A DNA stretch of 64,000 nucleotides, from assembly GCA_965224085.1 (NCBI GenBank), contig CBDCYI010000004.1:672001-736000 (forward strand), written 5' to 3'. The stretch comes from Candidatus Marinacidobacterales bacterium. Its GTDB lineage: Bacteria; Acidobacteriota; Vicinamibacteria; Marinacidobacterales; SMYC01. The notes beneath the pieces are model-generated. The model worked only from the letters and a program-made list of their open reading frames with translations, did not search any database and was not told the DNA's origin. The translations under genes and the position numbers were made by a program. This document shows, piece after piece, positions 17,971 to 28,524 of this stretch; positions within the stretch are counted from its first letter, which is position 1, and every line of letters starts with the position of its first letter.

Positions 17971-18801
17971 ATGGTCTCTCGCGTTCTCTCGATATTGCTT
18001 CTCCTGTCATGCGCAGCACATTCCGCGGAAGCTGGCGCATGGACGATTTCAAAAGGCGTGAACTGGCTGAAGGTTGGGCTCATGCTGCAGGAGACGACCG
18101 AGCGCTACTTCATCGATGGAGAACGCATCCCTTACTTCTTCGACGGACGCAACCAAACCCGCGCTCTATTCTTCGAATATGTAGGAGGCATTACCCAGCG
18201 ATGGGACGTCAAAGCCCAGCTCCCCTTTTTTTATATCGCCTTCGACGATATCGCGGACGAGCGCACCAGCAATGGCCCGGGTGATCTCAGGATCGAGTCC
18301 CGCTACAACCTCGTTCGCGATCCGCTCGTTCTGACCGTTGGCGGAGCGATCAAGTTTCCTACCGTGGAGTTCGTCAACGATGCTGAGATCGTACCGGTCG
18401 GCGAGGGACAATACGATGTCGATGTTTTCGTGGAAGTCGGCCGCTCGCTGTGGCCGGTGCGTGGCTACGTGACGGGTAAGATCGGTTACCGTTTCCGTAC
18501 CAAGAATCAGGAAATCGACATCGATTTCGGAGACGAGCTCATATGGCGCGTAGAAGGCGGCTATCAATTTGGCAAGCGCATCTACAGCAAAATCGCGCTG
18601 CGCGGGCTCCACGGCTTCGAGTCCACGAGCTTCGATCTCGCCATCGACAGCCTGAGGCGCCAAGCCGTCTATCTGGAACCTGGCGTGAGCTTCACCCTCG
18701 CTGCTAGCCGAGCGATAGAAGTCACCGTACCGATCTCGATCGCGGGGCGCAACTGGCCGGCAGGACCCGTTTTAAACATCCATTTCACACAGACCTTCTG
18801 A
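17971..18801 (+). CDS. Putative outer-membrane beta-barrel / transporter-like protein
   Basis: Signal peptide AEAGAW, amphipathic strands, GDL..KFPT..GEGQYD, C-terminal Phe. Confidence 0.6.
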   Translation: MVSRVLSILLLLSCAAHSAEAGAWTISKGVNWLKVGLMLQETTERYFIDGERIPYFFDGRNQTRALFFEYVGGITQRWDVKAQLPFFYIAFDDIADERTSNGPGDLRIESRYNLVRDPLVLTVGGAIKFPTVEFVNDAEIVPVGEGQYDVDVFVEVGRSLWPVRGYVTGKIGYRFRTKNQEIDIDFGDELIWRVEGGYQFGKRIYSKIALRGLHGFESTSFDLAIDSLRRQAVYLEPGVSFTLAASRAIEVTVPISIAGRNWPAGPVLNIHFTQTF

Positions 18802-18863
18802 CCTTTCTGAGCGGGCATCCGAAACCTGGCTGCGATATAGTCGTTGTTCGAAAGGGGACGATT

Positions 18864-20216
18864 ATGGCTTTCCGCATCCCTGTCCTTCTCTCTTTTTTCC
18901 TAACGTCAACAGCCATCACTTCAGCGCAAACGACGGAGCGCTACACGTTCGCGCTCACGGGTGATTCCATCATCACGCGCGCTCTCTCGGTCTACGAAGA
19001 GCCCGAGTTTCTGGAGATGATCGAGCTCATCCGGGGCGCCGACGTCGCGTTCACGAACGTCGAGATGCTCTTCCACGACTACGAGTTCTACCCGATGTCG
19101 GCGGGCGGCGGGACCTATATGCGCGCACAGCCTGAGCTCGCTAAAGAGCTCGCCTGGGCGGGCTTTGATCTCGGCTCGCTCGCCAATAATCACTCGGGCG
19201 ACTATGGACCTCTGGCCCTGCTTCTCACCGAAAAATACGTACGCGACGCAGGTATCACCGCCGCGGGCGCCGGCAGAAGCCTCGCGGAGGCGCGCGAAGC
19301 CAAGTTTCTGGAGACGACCGATGCGCGGATCGCCCTCATCGCGGTCGCCTCGACCTTCCCTGAGCACGCGATGGCGAGCGCGTCCCGCGACGACATCCCG
19401 GCGCGGCCAGGGATGAATCCCTTGCGCCACGAGACGACCTATCACGTGAGCCGGACTCGACTCGAAGCTATCCGGGACACGATGGAGGAGCTCTCGATGG
19501 ACCCTCCGGAGGACGGCGACTCGCTGCGCTTTCTTCGCAATCGTTTCGTCCTATCCGAAACGCCCGGTGTGAAGACCGAGCCGAACGCCGACGACATGGA
19601 AGCCATCGGCATGGTGGTGCGCAACGCGTCACGCCAAGCGGACTACACGATCGTGACCATTCACGCTCATGAAGGCGACGGAAGCCGTTTCGTGCCCGCG
19701 CAGTTTCTGACGAAATTCGCGCGCGCGATGATCGACGAAGGCGCCGACGTCTTCGTCGGGCACGGGCCCCACGTGCTACGCGGCATCGAGATCTATAACG
19801 GCAAACCGATCCTCTATAGTCTCGGCGATTTTCTCTTTCAAAACGAGACGCTCCAAAGACTCCCCTACGAGAACTACGCGCGCTTCGGCCTCGGCGAGGA
19901 CAAGGGGCTCGCTGATTTCAACGACGCCCGCTACAAAAACGATAGCATCGGCTTTCCCGCTACGCCGGAGATTTGGGAGTCCGTCGTCGCCATGCCCGTT
20001 TTTGAAGGCAAGAGGCTCGTGGAGCTACGCCTTCACCCGATTTCCCTCGGATTTGGTAAACCGCGCACCGTGCGCGGGCGCCCAATGCTCGCCGACGACA
20101 CACTCAGCCGCAAGATTTTGACGGATTTGAAACGGGTCTCGGAGCCCTTCGGGACCGAAATCGACACCGTCGACGGCATCGGCGTCGTGCAGCTGGACCT
20201 CCGCACGAGCAACTAG
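18864..20216 (+). CDS. CapA (PGA_cap) family metallophosphatase
   Basis: TGD, FTNVE, SLANNHSGDYG, HAHE, GHGPHVLRGIEIY, YSLGDF. Confidence 0.88.
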   Translation: MAFRIPVLLSFFLTSTAITSAQTTERYTFALTGDSIITRALSVYEEPEFLEMIELIRGADVAFTNVEMLFHDYEFYPMSAGGGTYMRAQPELAKELAWAGFDLGSLANNHSGDYGPLALLLTEKYVRDAGITAAGAGRSLAEAREAKFLETTDARIALIAVASTFPEHAMASASRDDIPARPGMNPLRHETTYHVSRTRLEAIRDTMEELSMDPPEDGDSLRFLRNRFVLSETPGVKTEPNADDMEAIGMVVRNASRQADYTIVTIHAHEGDGSRFVPAQFLTKFARAMIDEGADVFVGHGPHVLRGIEIYNGKPILYSLGDFLFQNETLQRLPYENYARFGLGEDKGLADFNDARYKNDSIGFPATPEIWESVVAMPVFEGKRLVELRLHPISLGFGKPRTVRGRPMLADDTLSRKILTDLKRVSEPFGTEIDTVDGIGVVQLDLRTSN

Positions 20217-20392
20217 CGTGACGCCGCTCGCGGTCTATCTCCTGAATTGCTCAGAAGATAAATCTGCTGCGGGCTCATGAGCTGCGGCACTTCGATAAGG
20301 TCGACAATCGTCATCGCGCGCTTCGTTTGCGCGGCGACGAGGGTGGAGGCCAAGCATCCCACGAAAAGCGGGAAAATTCTTCGTAACCTCAT
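20213..20392 (-). pseudogene. N-terminal relic of an S9 peptidase
   Basis: Signal peptide then QTKRAMTIVDLIEVPQLMSPQ|QIYLL, a typical S9 start with most of the gene missing. Confidence 0.55.
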
Positions 20393-20509
20393 AAAGCCCT
20401 TCAGAATCGGTCGTTTGGAAAGACGAAGGTTACACGATCGGCTCCCACTTTGCCCCTTCGCCACAGAGGCTTCGACGTGAAGTATAATTTTTTGGATTCT
20501 GGAGGTTCG

Positions 20510-21409
20510 ATGAAAGTTGCCATCAGCGGTGTTACCGGTCTGGTGGGGACGGCCCTGCGTGCGAATCTAACTGCCGACGGCCACGAAGTGCTAGCACTCT
20601 CGCGCCGCGCAAGTCTTCCCCCACTCACGACGATTACTTGGGATATCGAAAACGGCCGCTTCGACGCAGGCCTCCTCGAGGGTGTCGATGTCGTTGTCCA
20701 CCTCGCCGGCGAGCCCGTCGCGCAACGTTGGAGCGACAAGACGAGGAAAGCCATTCGACACAGCCGTGTTCAGGGCACCCATCTCCTCGTCGAGGGGCTC
20801 AAGAGCCTGAAGCTCAAGCCACAGCTCCTGCTTTCGGCTTCCGCGGTGGGCTTTTACGGAGACGGCAAGGACCGAGAGCTTGATGAGACTTCGCCGCGGG
20901 GCGAAGGCTTTCTGCCAGAGGTCTGCCAGGAGTGGGAGACGGCGGCCCTCGACGCGATGGGGCTCGGAATAAGGGCAGTTTGTTTGCGCACGGGCATCGT
21001 GCTATCGACCAAGGGGGGAGCTCTCGCCAAAATGCTCCTGCCGTTCCGCCTCGGGTTGGGCGGCCGCCTTTCTAGCGGACGTCAATGGATGCCTTGGATC
21101 CACATCGACGACCTCGTCGGGGCGATGCGGTTCGTCATGCAGAAAGAAGACCTCGTGGGGGTCGTGAACGGCACTTCTCCCCATCCCGTCACGAATGCGG
21201 ATTTCACGAAGGGCCTAGGCAAGGTCCTTCGCCGCCCAACGCTCTTTCCTGTACCGAAATTCGGGTTGAAACTGCTATTTGGCGAAATGTCCCAGATTCT
21301 CTTGGAAGGACAGAGAGTCAAGCCGCAAAAGCTTCTCGACACGGGGTATAGGTTCCACTATCCCGAGTTCTTAGAAGCTCTATCTGATGTCGTTGCAAAC
21401 CGCAAGTAA
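20510..21409 (+). CDS. TIGR01777 family NAD-dependent epimerase/oxidoreductase
   Basis: ISGVTGLVG, VVHLAGE, SASAVGFYG, RTGIVL, GRQWMPWIHIDD. Confidence 0.9.
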   Translation: MKVAISGVTGLVGTALRANLTADGHEVLALSRRASLPPLTTITWDIENGRFDAGLLEGVDVVVHLAGEPVAQRWSDKTRKAIRHSRVQGTHLLVEGLKSLKLKPQLLLSASAVGFYGDGKDRELDETSPRGEGFLPEVCQEWETAALDAMGLGIRAVCLRTGIVLSTKGGALAKMLLPFRLGLGGRLSSGRQWMPWIHIDDLVGAMRFVMQKEDLVGVVNGTSPHPVTNADFTKGLGKVLRRPTLFPVPKFGLKLLFGEMSQILLEGQRVKPQKLLDTGYRFHYPEFLEALSDVVANRK

Positions 21410-21463
21410 GCCCGACGGTTTGGCTATAATTAAGGATGGTCGCGCGCCCTAGAGGCGAGATTC

Positions 21464-23752
21464 ATGGATAGCTTGAAGTCAACTTCGGCCCTCGAAACAC
21501 GATCGCATCGCGGGCGCAAGCTCGTCAAAATCATCGTCATTTGCGTGCTCTTCGCGCTCGCGGCGATGGGCGGCACGTTGACGGGACTCGTCCTCGCTTA
21601 TCAGCGGGACTTGCCCATCATCCAGGAGATCGATAACTACCAGCCGAGTATCATTACGCAAGTCTTCGACGATGTCGGCGAGGTGATCGCCGAGTTCGCG
21701 GTCGAGCGGCGCGTAGTGATCGGCTTTCAGGACGTTCCCGATCATCTGAAACAAGCGATCGTTGCTTACGAGGACCAGCGTTTCTGGAGCCATCACGGTT
21801 TCGATCCCGTGGGGATGGCGCGCGCCGCCTGGGACAATCTCTGGGCCGGTGAAATCGTCTCGGGCGCGAGCACCGTCACACAGCAGGTTTCACGACTGTT
21901 GTTCCTTACCCGTGAGGAAACGTATAGCCGCAAGATCAAAGAGGCCATTCTCGCTTTCAAAATCGAGCGGGCTTATACGAAAGAAGAAGTTCTGACCTTG
22001 TATTGCAACTTGCAGCATTACGGCCACGGCCTTTATGGTGTAGAAGCCGCCGCGAACTACTATTTCGCGAAACCAACGGCCGAGCTCACTCTGGAAGAGG
22101 CCGCGCTCATCGTCGGCATCGCTCCCTCGCCGGGAAACTTCAGCCCCTTCGTCAATCCGGAGCTCGCTCTCGAGCGCCGCGACCTCGTGCTGGGGCGGAT
22201 GCTGGAAGAAGACGTGGTCACGGTCGAAGAAGTCGAGCGTGCCAGATCCGTCCCACTGAAGCTGCGACGCCGCGGGCCGAGCGGGAACATCGCGCCCTAT
22301 TTCGTCGAAGAGGTTCGCCAATATCTCGAGAAGAAATACGGCTCGACGCGGATCTTTCGCGGCGGTTTGCGCGTGCATACGACCTTGAATCGCTCGATGC
22401 AAGAGCAAGCCAATATCTCGGTCGGGCAAGCGCTTCGAGCGCTCGACAAGCGCCAGGGCTATCGAGGCGTTCAGCAAAACGTGCTCGGCGACATGGAGAT
22501 CTCCATCCAGGAGTTCCAGAGCGATGACTGGGTCGAGCCTTTCACAGCGGGACAGATCGTCACTGGCGTCGTCACCGAGGCCGAGGGTAGCCCCACCGTG
22601 AGAGTCGGCCGCTTCACGGCCACAGTCGACTCCGAGTCGGTGGCTTGGACGAAGACGGCGCTTTTTGACTTGTTCGAAATCGGTGACATCTCGACGTTCG
22701 AGATCGCGAGTGTGGACTCGGAGACGACGTCCATGGTGCTCAAAGTCGAACAGGAGCCCATCGCGCAAGGGGCGCTTCTCGCCATCGAGGCGCGGACCGG
22801 CCGAATCAAATCGATGGTGGGCGGCCTCGACTTCGACAAAAGCAAGTTCAACCGCGCCGTCCAGGCGCGTCGCCAACCTGGCTCGGCCTTCAAGGCCTTC
22901 GCGATCGGTGCAGCGGTGGAAGAAGGCTACACGGCGACGTCGCTCATTCTCGACGAGCCAGTTCGCTACGTCGATCCGCATGTCGAGGAGGTATACGAGC
23001 CGAGAAACTATGACCGCAAATTCGAAGGCTGGATCACGCTGCGCCGCTTGATCGAAGCCTCGCGGAACGTGCCCGCGGTCCGGCTCACGCAGCAAGTCGG
23101 CCCGCAGAAAGTAGCGGACTATGCGAGACGCCTCGGTTTGTCGGGACCCATCCCACCGTATCTCAGCATAACGCTCGGCGCCGCGGAAGCAAGCCTGCAA
23201 GAAATGGTCTCCGCCTATTCAGCCTTTGCGAATCAAGGCATCCGCATGCGACCACATTTCGTCACGAAAGTCATGGACCACGAAGGCAACGTTCTGGAGG
23301 AGACCTACCCCGAGGCCGCGTCTGCCATTAGAGCCGACTCCGCCTACATTGTCACGAACCTTCTCCGAGGCGTCGTTCAGCGCGGCACGGGGGTCCGGGC
23401 GGCGCGTTTAGGACGGCCGCTCGCCGGCAAGACAGGCACGACCAACGACTACACGGATGCGTGGTTCATCGGATTCGACCCGACGCTCGTGGCAGGCACT
23501 TGGGTAGGTTTCGATCAGAAGCTGAGCTTGGGCGATCGCGAGACGGGATCGCGGGCCGCGCTCCCTCCGTGGATCAGCTTCATGGAGCACGCGCTCGCGG
23601 ACGAGCCGATCGAAGATTTCCCAGTTCCGTCGAATATCGTTTTCGTACCCGTCGACAAGAAGACGGGCGACCCAGCAGCATCAGGGGGTGGCCAAGTCAT
23701 CCTGGAAGCCTTTATCGCGGGGTCCGAGCCCGAGGGGTATCCGGGGCAATAA
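21464..23752 (+). CDS. mrcA: Penicillin-binding protein 1A (class A PBP)
   Basis: TM anchor; GT motifs EDQRF, GASTVTQQ, RKIKE; TP motifs SAFK, SRN, KTGT. Confidence 0.92.
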   Translation: MDSLKSTSALETRSHRGRKLVKIIVICVLFALAAMGGTLTGLVLAYQRDLPIIQEIDNYQPSIITQVFDDVGEVIAEFAVERRVVIGFQDVPDHLKQAIVAYEDQRFWSHHGFDPVGMARAAWDNLWAGEIVSGASTVTQQVSRLLFLTREETYSRKIKEAILAFKIERAYTKEEVLTLYCNLQHYGHGLYGVEAAANYYFAKPTAELTLEEAALIVGIAPSPGNFSPFVNPELALERRDLVLGRMLEEDVVTVEEVERARSVPLKLRRRGPSGNIAPYFVEEVRQYLEKKYGSTRIFRGGLRVHTTLNRSMQEQANISVGQALRALDKRQGYRGVQQNVLGDMEISIQEFQSDDWVEPFTAGQIVTGVVTEAEGSPTVRVGRFTATVDSESVAWTKTALFDLFEIGDISTFEIASVDSETTSMVLKVEQEPIAQGALLAIEARTGRIKSMVGGLDFDKSKFNRAVQARRQPGSAFKAFAIGAAVEEGYTATSLILDEPVRYVDPHVEEVYEPRNYDRKFEGWITLRRLIEASRNVPAVRLTQQVGPQKVADYARRLGLSGPIPPYLSITLGAAEASLQEMVSAYSAFANQGIRMRPHFVTKVMDHEGNVLEETYPEAASAIRADSAYIVTNLLRGVVQRGTGVRAARLGRPLAGKTGTTNDYTDAWFIGFDPTLVAGTWVGFDQKLSLGDRETGSRAALPPWISFMEHALADEPIEDFPVPSNIVFVPVDKKTGDPAASGGGQVILEAFIAGSEPEGYPGQ

Positions 23753-23831
23753 TATATGCTCCCATATCACTCATATAAAGGCGGCTCTCCTGACACAGCA
23801 AACTATTGTACTGCAATAGTTTGACCCTCAT

Positions 23832-23860
23832 TTGACAATTCCACACTAAATATCGATAAT
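23832..23860 (+). promoter_or_regulatory. Sigma70-type promoter of lon with overlapping HAIR-like site
   Basis: TTGACA (23832-23837), 17-nt spacer, GATAAT (23855-23860). Confidence 0.7.
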
Positions 23861-24000
23861 ACGCCCGTCGCGGATGATGCCGTTTCGCTTGAGTGCTCGA
23901 GACCTCCTTAGGTACCCTTAGTATGAAGCACGTTCATCGACGATCGGAGCCGAGCGGACCCGCACGCTCGCGTTATCGATAACGCACTGAGGTTCAAAGC

Positions 24001-26433
24001 ATGCAGACATTCGAAGAAAGCAACCGAGAAAGCGACGGCGAAATCCATCGCGCCGTCCCCGTCCTCCCCCTTAGAGATACGGTGATCTTTCCGCAGTCGA
24101 TCCTGCCCTTGGCCGTCGGCCGCGAGAGTACCGTTCGCCTATTGAACGAGAACGGGGAGTCGGCGGATTTCATCGGGGTCGTAACTCAGAGGGACGCTAC
24201 CATCGAATCTCCCACCGCGACCGATCTGCATCACGTCGGAACGAGCGTGCGCATTCACAAATCGGTTCGGATGCCCGACGGCTCCATCCGGCTCGTCGTC
24301 CAGGGCAGTTTCCGGTTCAAAGTGCTGAGCGTCATCCAGGTGAGCCCTTACCTTCGCGCAGACATTCAAGTACTGGGAAGCCCTGCCTCAGCCGAAGACG
24401 CCATCGAAGTCGACGCGCTCTCGAGAAACGTGCATTCCGCTTTCTCGAAAATCGTCGAGATGTCTCCACAGCTGGCCGACGAAGTCGGCTCGCTCGCCGC
24501 GACGCTGAACGATCCGGGACGGCTCGCGGATTTCGTCGCGCAGAACCTTCCCAGTTTGGATACCGAGAATCGGCAAGAGGTGCTCGAGGTCGTACGCGTG
24601 AAGGAGCGCCTAACAAAGGTGCACGAAGCGCTTCTGCGCGAGCAGGAAGTTCTAGAGGTCGGCAACAAGATCGAGTCCCAAGTCAAGAACGAAGTCGGCC
24701 GCACCCAGCGCGAGTATTACCTGCGCGAGCAGATGAAAGCGATTCAAAGGGAGCTCGGCGAGAACGACGAGAACGTGAAGGAGATCGACGAGCTACGCGA
24801 GAAGATCAAGGAAGCGAAGATGCCCGAAGAGGCGGTAAAGGAGGCGACGCGCGAGCTGAATCGCCTCTCCAAGATCCCGCCCGCCTCAGCTGAATATACC
24901 GTCGGACGCACCTATCTCGATTGGCTCGTGCGCATTCCCTGGTCGAAGAAGACCGAAGACGTCTACGACATCCCGAAAGCACACGAAATTCTGGAGGCCG
25001 ATCACTACGACCTCGTGAAAGTGAAAGACCGCATCCTCGAGTTTCTGGCCGTGCGGAAGATGAAGCCCGACATCAAAGGGCCCATACTGTGTTTCGTGGG
25101 CCCTCCCGGCGTCGGCAAGACGAGCCTGGGGAAATCCATCGCCAAAGCGCTCGGGCGGAAGTTCGTCCGGATGAGCCTCGGCGGGATTCGCGACGAGGCG
25201 GAGATCCGCGGCCACCGGCGAACCTATATCGGTGCCCTTCCAGGACAAATCATCCAGAACTTGTGCCGCGCGGGCACGAAGAACCCCGTGTTCATGCTCG
25301 ACGAGGTCGACAAGCTCGGGATGGATTTTCGCGGCGACCCGAGCTCGGCGCTTCTCGAAGTTCTCGATCCGGAGCAGAACGACACGTTTCGAGATCACTA
25401 CGTTGACCTTGCGTTCGACCTCTCGGAGGTCCTCTTCATCGCGACCGGCAATATGATGGACCCCATCCCCCCTGCGCTCAAAGACCGTATGGAAGTTCTC
25501 AACCTCGCGGGATATACAGAAGAAGAGAAGATCCAGATCGCGAATCGGCATCTCATCCCGCGCCAGCTCGAAAACCACGGCTTGACCGACGAGACGATGG
25601 CGCCTACGTTCGAGCGCGACGTGATCTCGCACATCATTCGCGACTACACGCGCGAAGCGGGTTTACGTAATCTCGAGCGCGCCATTGGCGCGATCTGCCG
25701 CAAGGCTGCTCGGAAGTTCGCCGAAGGTGAGACGAAGCCGCTTCACGCAACGGTCGATAGCCTCCAGGAGCTCCTCGGCGCACCGACGTCCCTGTCGCGA
25801 GAGATTCACGACCGTGTCACCGTGCCGGGCGTCGTCATTGGCCTCGCCTGGACGCCGGTCGGAGGCGACATTCTTTTCGTGGAAGGTTCCAAAGTGCGCG
25901 GCGCCAAGAACCTGACCTTGACGGGACAGCTGGGCGACGTCATGAAAGAGTCGGCGAGCGCGGCCTTGACTTGGGTGCGGTCGAATAGTCTCTCTCTCGG
26001 CCTCGAAGGGGACTTCTACCGTAAAATGGACATTCATCTTCACGTTCCCGAAGGCTCGACGCCTAAGGACGGCCCTTCCGCTGGCGTCACGATGGTCGCG
26101 GCGCTCGTCTCGATCCTCTCGGATACGCCCGCGCGTTCCGACGTCGCCATGACGGGTGAGATCACTCTCTCGGGCCACGTATTGCCCGTCGGCGGTATCA
26201 AAGAGAAACTGTTGGCCGCCCATCGTTACGGAATCAAGGAAGTGCTGATTCCCAAGCTCAACGAGAAGGGGATGCTCGAGGACTTGCCCGAGGAAATTCG
26301 AAAAGAGCTCAAGATCCACCTTGTGTCGAGCCTCGACGAAGTGCTGCCCCTCGTGTTTCCGGACCTGCCCGTCAAGATGGTCCCGCCGCAACCACTGGGA
26401 GGCAAGAGTTCATCCGAGATCAGGGTTCAGTAA
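24001..26433 (+). CDS. lon: ATP-dependent Lon protease
   Basis: [44 protein letters not shown]. Confidence 0.97.
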   Translation: MQTFEESNRESDGEIHRAVPVLPLRDTVIFPQSILPLAVGRESTVRLLNENGESADFIGVVTQRDATIESPTATDLHHVGTSVRIHKSVRMPDGSIRLVVQGSFRFKVLSVIQVSPYLRADIQVLGSPASAEDAIEVDALSRNVHSAFSKIVEMSPQLADEVGSLAATLNDPGRLADFVAQNLPSLDTENRQEVLEVVRVKERLTKVHEALLREQEVLEVGNKIESQVKNEVGRTQREYYLREQMKAIQRELGENDENVKEIDELREKIKEAKMPEEAVKEATRELNRLSKIPPASAEYTVGRTYLDWLVRIPWSKKTEDVYDIPKAHEILEADHYDLVKVKDRILEFLAVRKMKPDIKGPILCFVGPPGVGKTSLGKSIAKALGRKFVRMSLGGIRDEAEIRGHRRTYIGALPGQIIQNLCRAGTKNPVFMLDEVDKLGMDFRGDPSSALLEVLDPEQNDTFRDHYVDLAFDLSEVLFIATGNMMDPIPPALKDRMEVLNLAGYTEEEKIQIANRHLIPRQLENHGLTDETMAPTFERDVISHIIRDYTREAGLRNLERAIGAICRKAARKFAEGETKPLHATVDSLQELLGAPTSLSREIHDRVTVPGVVIGLAWTPVGGDILFVEGSKVRGAKNLTLTGQLGDVMKESASAALTWVRSNSLSLGLEGDFYRKMDIHLHVPEGSTPKDGPSAGVTMVAALVSILSDTPARSDVAMTGEITLSGHVLPVGGIKEKLLAAHRYGIKEVLIPKLNEKGMLEDLPEEIRKELKIHLVSSLDEVLPLVFPDLPVKMVPPQPLGGKSSSEIRVQ

Positions 26434-26450
26434 CGCCCTCGTAGCTGATG

Positions 26451-26471
26451 CACTGATCACTGATCACTGAT
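26451..26471. repeat. Heptamer tandem repeat (CACTGAT)x3
   Basis: Three exact copies between lon and the J-protein gene. Confidence 0.7.
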
Positions 26472-26512
26472 GCGTCGCGTCGGCCGCTCGCTGGCGGCAA
26501 CAGTCGAGTTAG

Positions 26513-27493
26513 ATGGACTACAAGGATTATTACGAGGTTCTAGGGATCCAGAAGACCGCGAGCGAAAAGGAAATCAAACAAGCCTTTCGCAAGCTGGCGC
26601 GGAAGTACCATCCCGACGTCAACCCGGGGGACCGGGGCGCCGAGAACAAATTCAAAGAGATCAACGAGGCCCACGAGGTTCTCTCTGATCCCGAGAAACG
26701 CCGGAAATACGATCAGCTCGGCGCGAATTGGAAGCAGTACGAACCATCTACTCGACCCGGCGGTGGCGCCGGGTTCGGAGGTTTCAACGTCGGCTTCGAA
26801 GGGACTGGCGGCGGCTTCTCCGATTTCTTCAAGACGTTTTTCGGTGCAGGGATGGGCGTGGACGACCTCTTCGGCCAGGGCGCCGGTTTGCACGGCGCAC
26901 GACGCGGGGGCGGACCGCGAGGCTTCGGCGGGGCACCTCCGTCTGCGCCGGGGCGCGACGTGACCGCCGGCATCAACATTACTCTAGAAGAGTGCCACAA
27001 CGGCACCGTGAAACGGCTTTCGATCGAACGCGCGGGCAAAACGGACGTCATCGAAGTGAGAATTCCGAAAGGGGTGAAGGACGGCTCGAAAGTGCGCGTT
27101 GCTGGTAAAGGCGAGCCCGCAGGCTCGGGTAAGTCCAAGGACCTCTACCTCGAGGTTAAAATGGTCCCGCACGCGCTTTATCAACGTGAAGGGGACGATT
27201 TGTCGCTCGACTTGCCGGTGACCTTCGCGGAGGCGGCGCTCGGCGCGGAAATCGAAGTGCCCACCTTGTCCGGCAAGGCCAGGATCAAGTTGCCGAAAGG
27301 CTCTCAGCCGGGCCGGCGCATGCGTCTCAAAGGCAAAGGCATGCCAAAGCTCAAAGGGAGCGGTCACGGCGATCTGTTCGCGAGGATCATGGTCGTTGTC
27401 CCGCAGGAGCTCGAGAAGAGAGAGAAAGAGCTCGTCGAAGAGCTCGCCACCCTAAGCAACGAGAATCCACGCGCGAATCTCGGGTGCGCGTAA
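26513..27493 (+). CDS. Class B J-domain protein (CbpA/DnaJ-like, no zinc finger)
   Basis: [17 protein letters not shown]-rich linker, DnaJ C-terminal domain, no CxxCxGxG repeats. Confidence 0.92.
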   Translation: MDYKDYYEVLGIQKTASEKEIKQAFRKLARKYHPDVNPGDRGAENKFKEINEAHEVLSDPEKRRKYDQLGANWKQYEPSTRPGGGAGFGGFNVGFEGTGGGFSDFFKTFFGAGMGVDDLFGQGAGLHGARRGGGPRGFGGAPPSAPGRDVTAGINITLEECHNGTVKRLSIERAGKTDVIEVRIPKGVKDGSKVRVAGKGEPAGSGKSKDLYLEVKMVPHALYQREGDDLSLDLPVTFAEAALGAEIEVPTLSGKARIKLPKGSQPGRRMRLKGKGMPKLKGSGHGDLFARIMVVVPQELEKREKELVEELATLSNENPRANLGCA

Positions 27494-27495
27494 GG

Positions 27496-28524
27496 ATGGC
27501 TGCGGTCATCGTTCTTTTTGGAGGAGACGGAAGCGAGCATCGTGTCTCCGTCGCCTCAGCGCAGAACGTCGCCTCGCATCTCGCGGGGGCGAGGCTCTGG
27601 TTTTGGACTCGCGACGGAGCGGTGCACGATGTCGAGCGAGACGCTTTGCTCCGATTCGAGCGGCCTTTCGAGCGCTATTTCTCTCCGACGCCCCGCGCGA
27701 TCTGGGCGGATATCGGCCGCGCTTTCGCGGACGGCGCGGCCCGGGAATCTGTTTTCTTTCTCGCCCTCCACGGCGGCTCCGGTGAGAATGGTACACTCCA
27801 AAGCCGACTCGAGACACGTGGGTATGCCTTTACCGGTTCGGGAGCCGAGGCGAGTTGTGCCGCCTTCGACAAGGTCCGTGCACGGGAAGCGCTCTCCGCG
27901 CGAGGGGTGCGTGTCGCCGACGCTTGTCTCGTCGACGGAGACAGCGCCACTCACGAGAAGCTCGCCCACCTCTTCGAGACCTACAGGAAAGTGGTCGTGA
28001 AACCGGTCGCCGACGGCTCGAGCCACGGCGTGCGGTTCATCGAGACGGAGAAGGATCTAAACGAGGTCATCGTCGACGTGCGACGCCAAGGCGGCGGCAA
28101 AGTGCTCGCCGAAGCGTTCATCGCCGGACGCGAGCTCACGGTAGCCGTGTGCGAGAGTGCTCACGGGCGGACGGCTCTGCCGTGCTCGGAGGTCCGTCTA
28201 GACGACGGTCGCACCTTCGACTACGAAGGAAAGTACCTCGGCAAAGGCACGACCGAGCTGACGCCTGCGCCGGTGCCGGACGATGTGGCTGCCGCCGCCC
28301 AGAACGTCGCTCTGACGGCGCACGACGCGCTCGGCTGCTACGGCTACTCCCGAACCGATGTCATCATTCGAGATGGTCCAGATCGAGGCCCGGTTTTCCT
28401 CGAGCTCAATACACTTCCCGGACTCACCGCGGCTTCTTTTGTCCCTCAGCAACTCGAAGCAGCGGGGATCGCGATGGACGTGTTTCTCGCTCGCCAGATC
28501 GAGCTCGCACGCGCTCGACGCTGA
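27496..28524 (+). CDS. ddl: D-alanine--D-alanine ligase family protein
   Basis: LFGGDGSEHRVS, ALHGGSGENG, KPVADGSS, FDYEGKY, LELNTLPG. Confidence 0.85.
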   Translation: MAAVIVLFGGDGSEHRVSVASAQNVASHLAGARLWFWTRDGAVHDVERDALLRFERPFERYFSPTPRAIWADIGRAFADGAARESVFFLALHGGSGENGTLQSRLETRGYAFTGSGAEASCAAFDKVRAREALSARGVRVADACLVDGDSATHEKLAHLFETYRKVVVKPVADGSSHGVRFIETEKDLNEVIVDVRRQGGGKVLAEAFIAGRELTVAVCESAHGRTALPCSEVRLDDGRTFDYEGKYLGKGTTELTPAPVPDDVAAAAQNVALTAHDALGCYGYSRTDVIIRDGPDRGPVFLELNTLPGLTAASFVPQQLEAAGIAMDVFLARQIELARARR

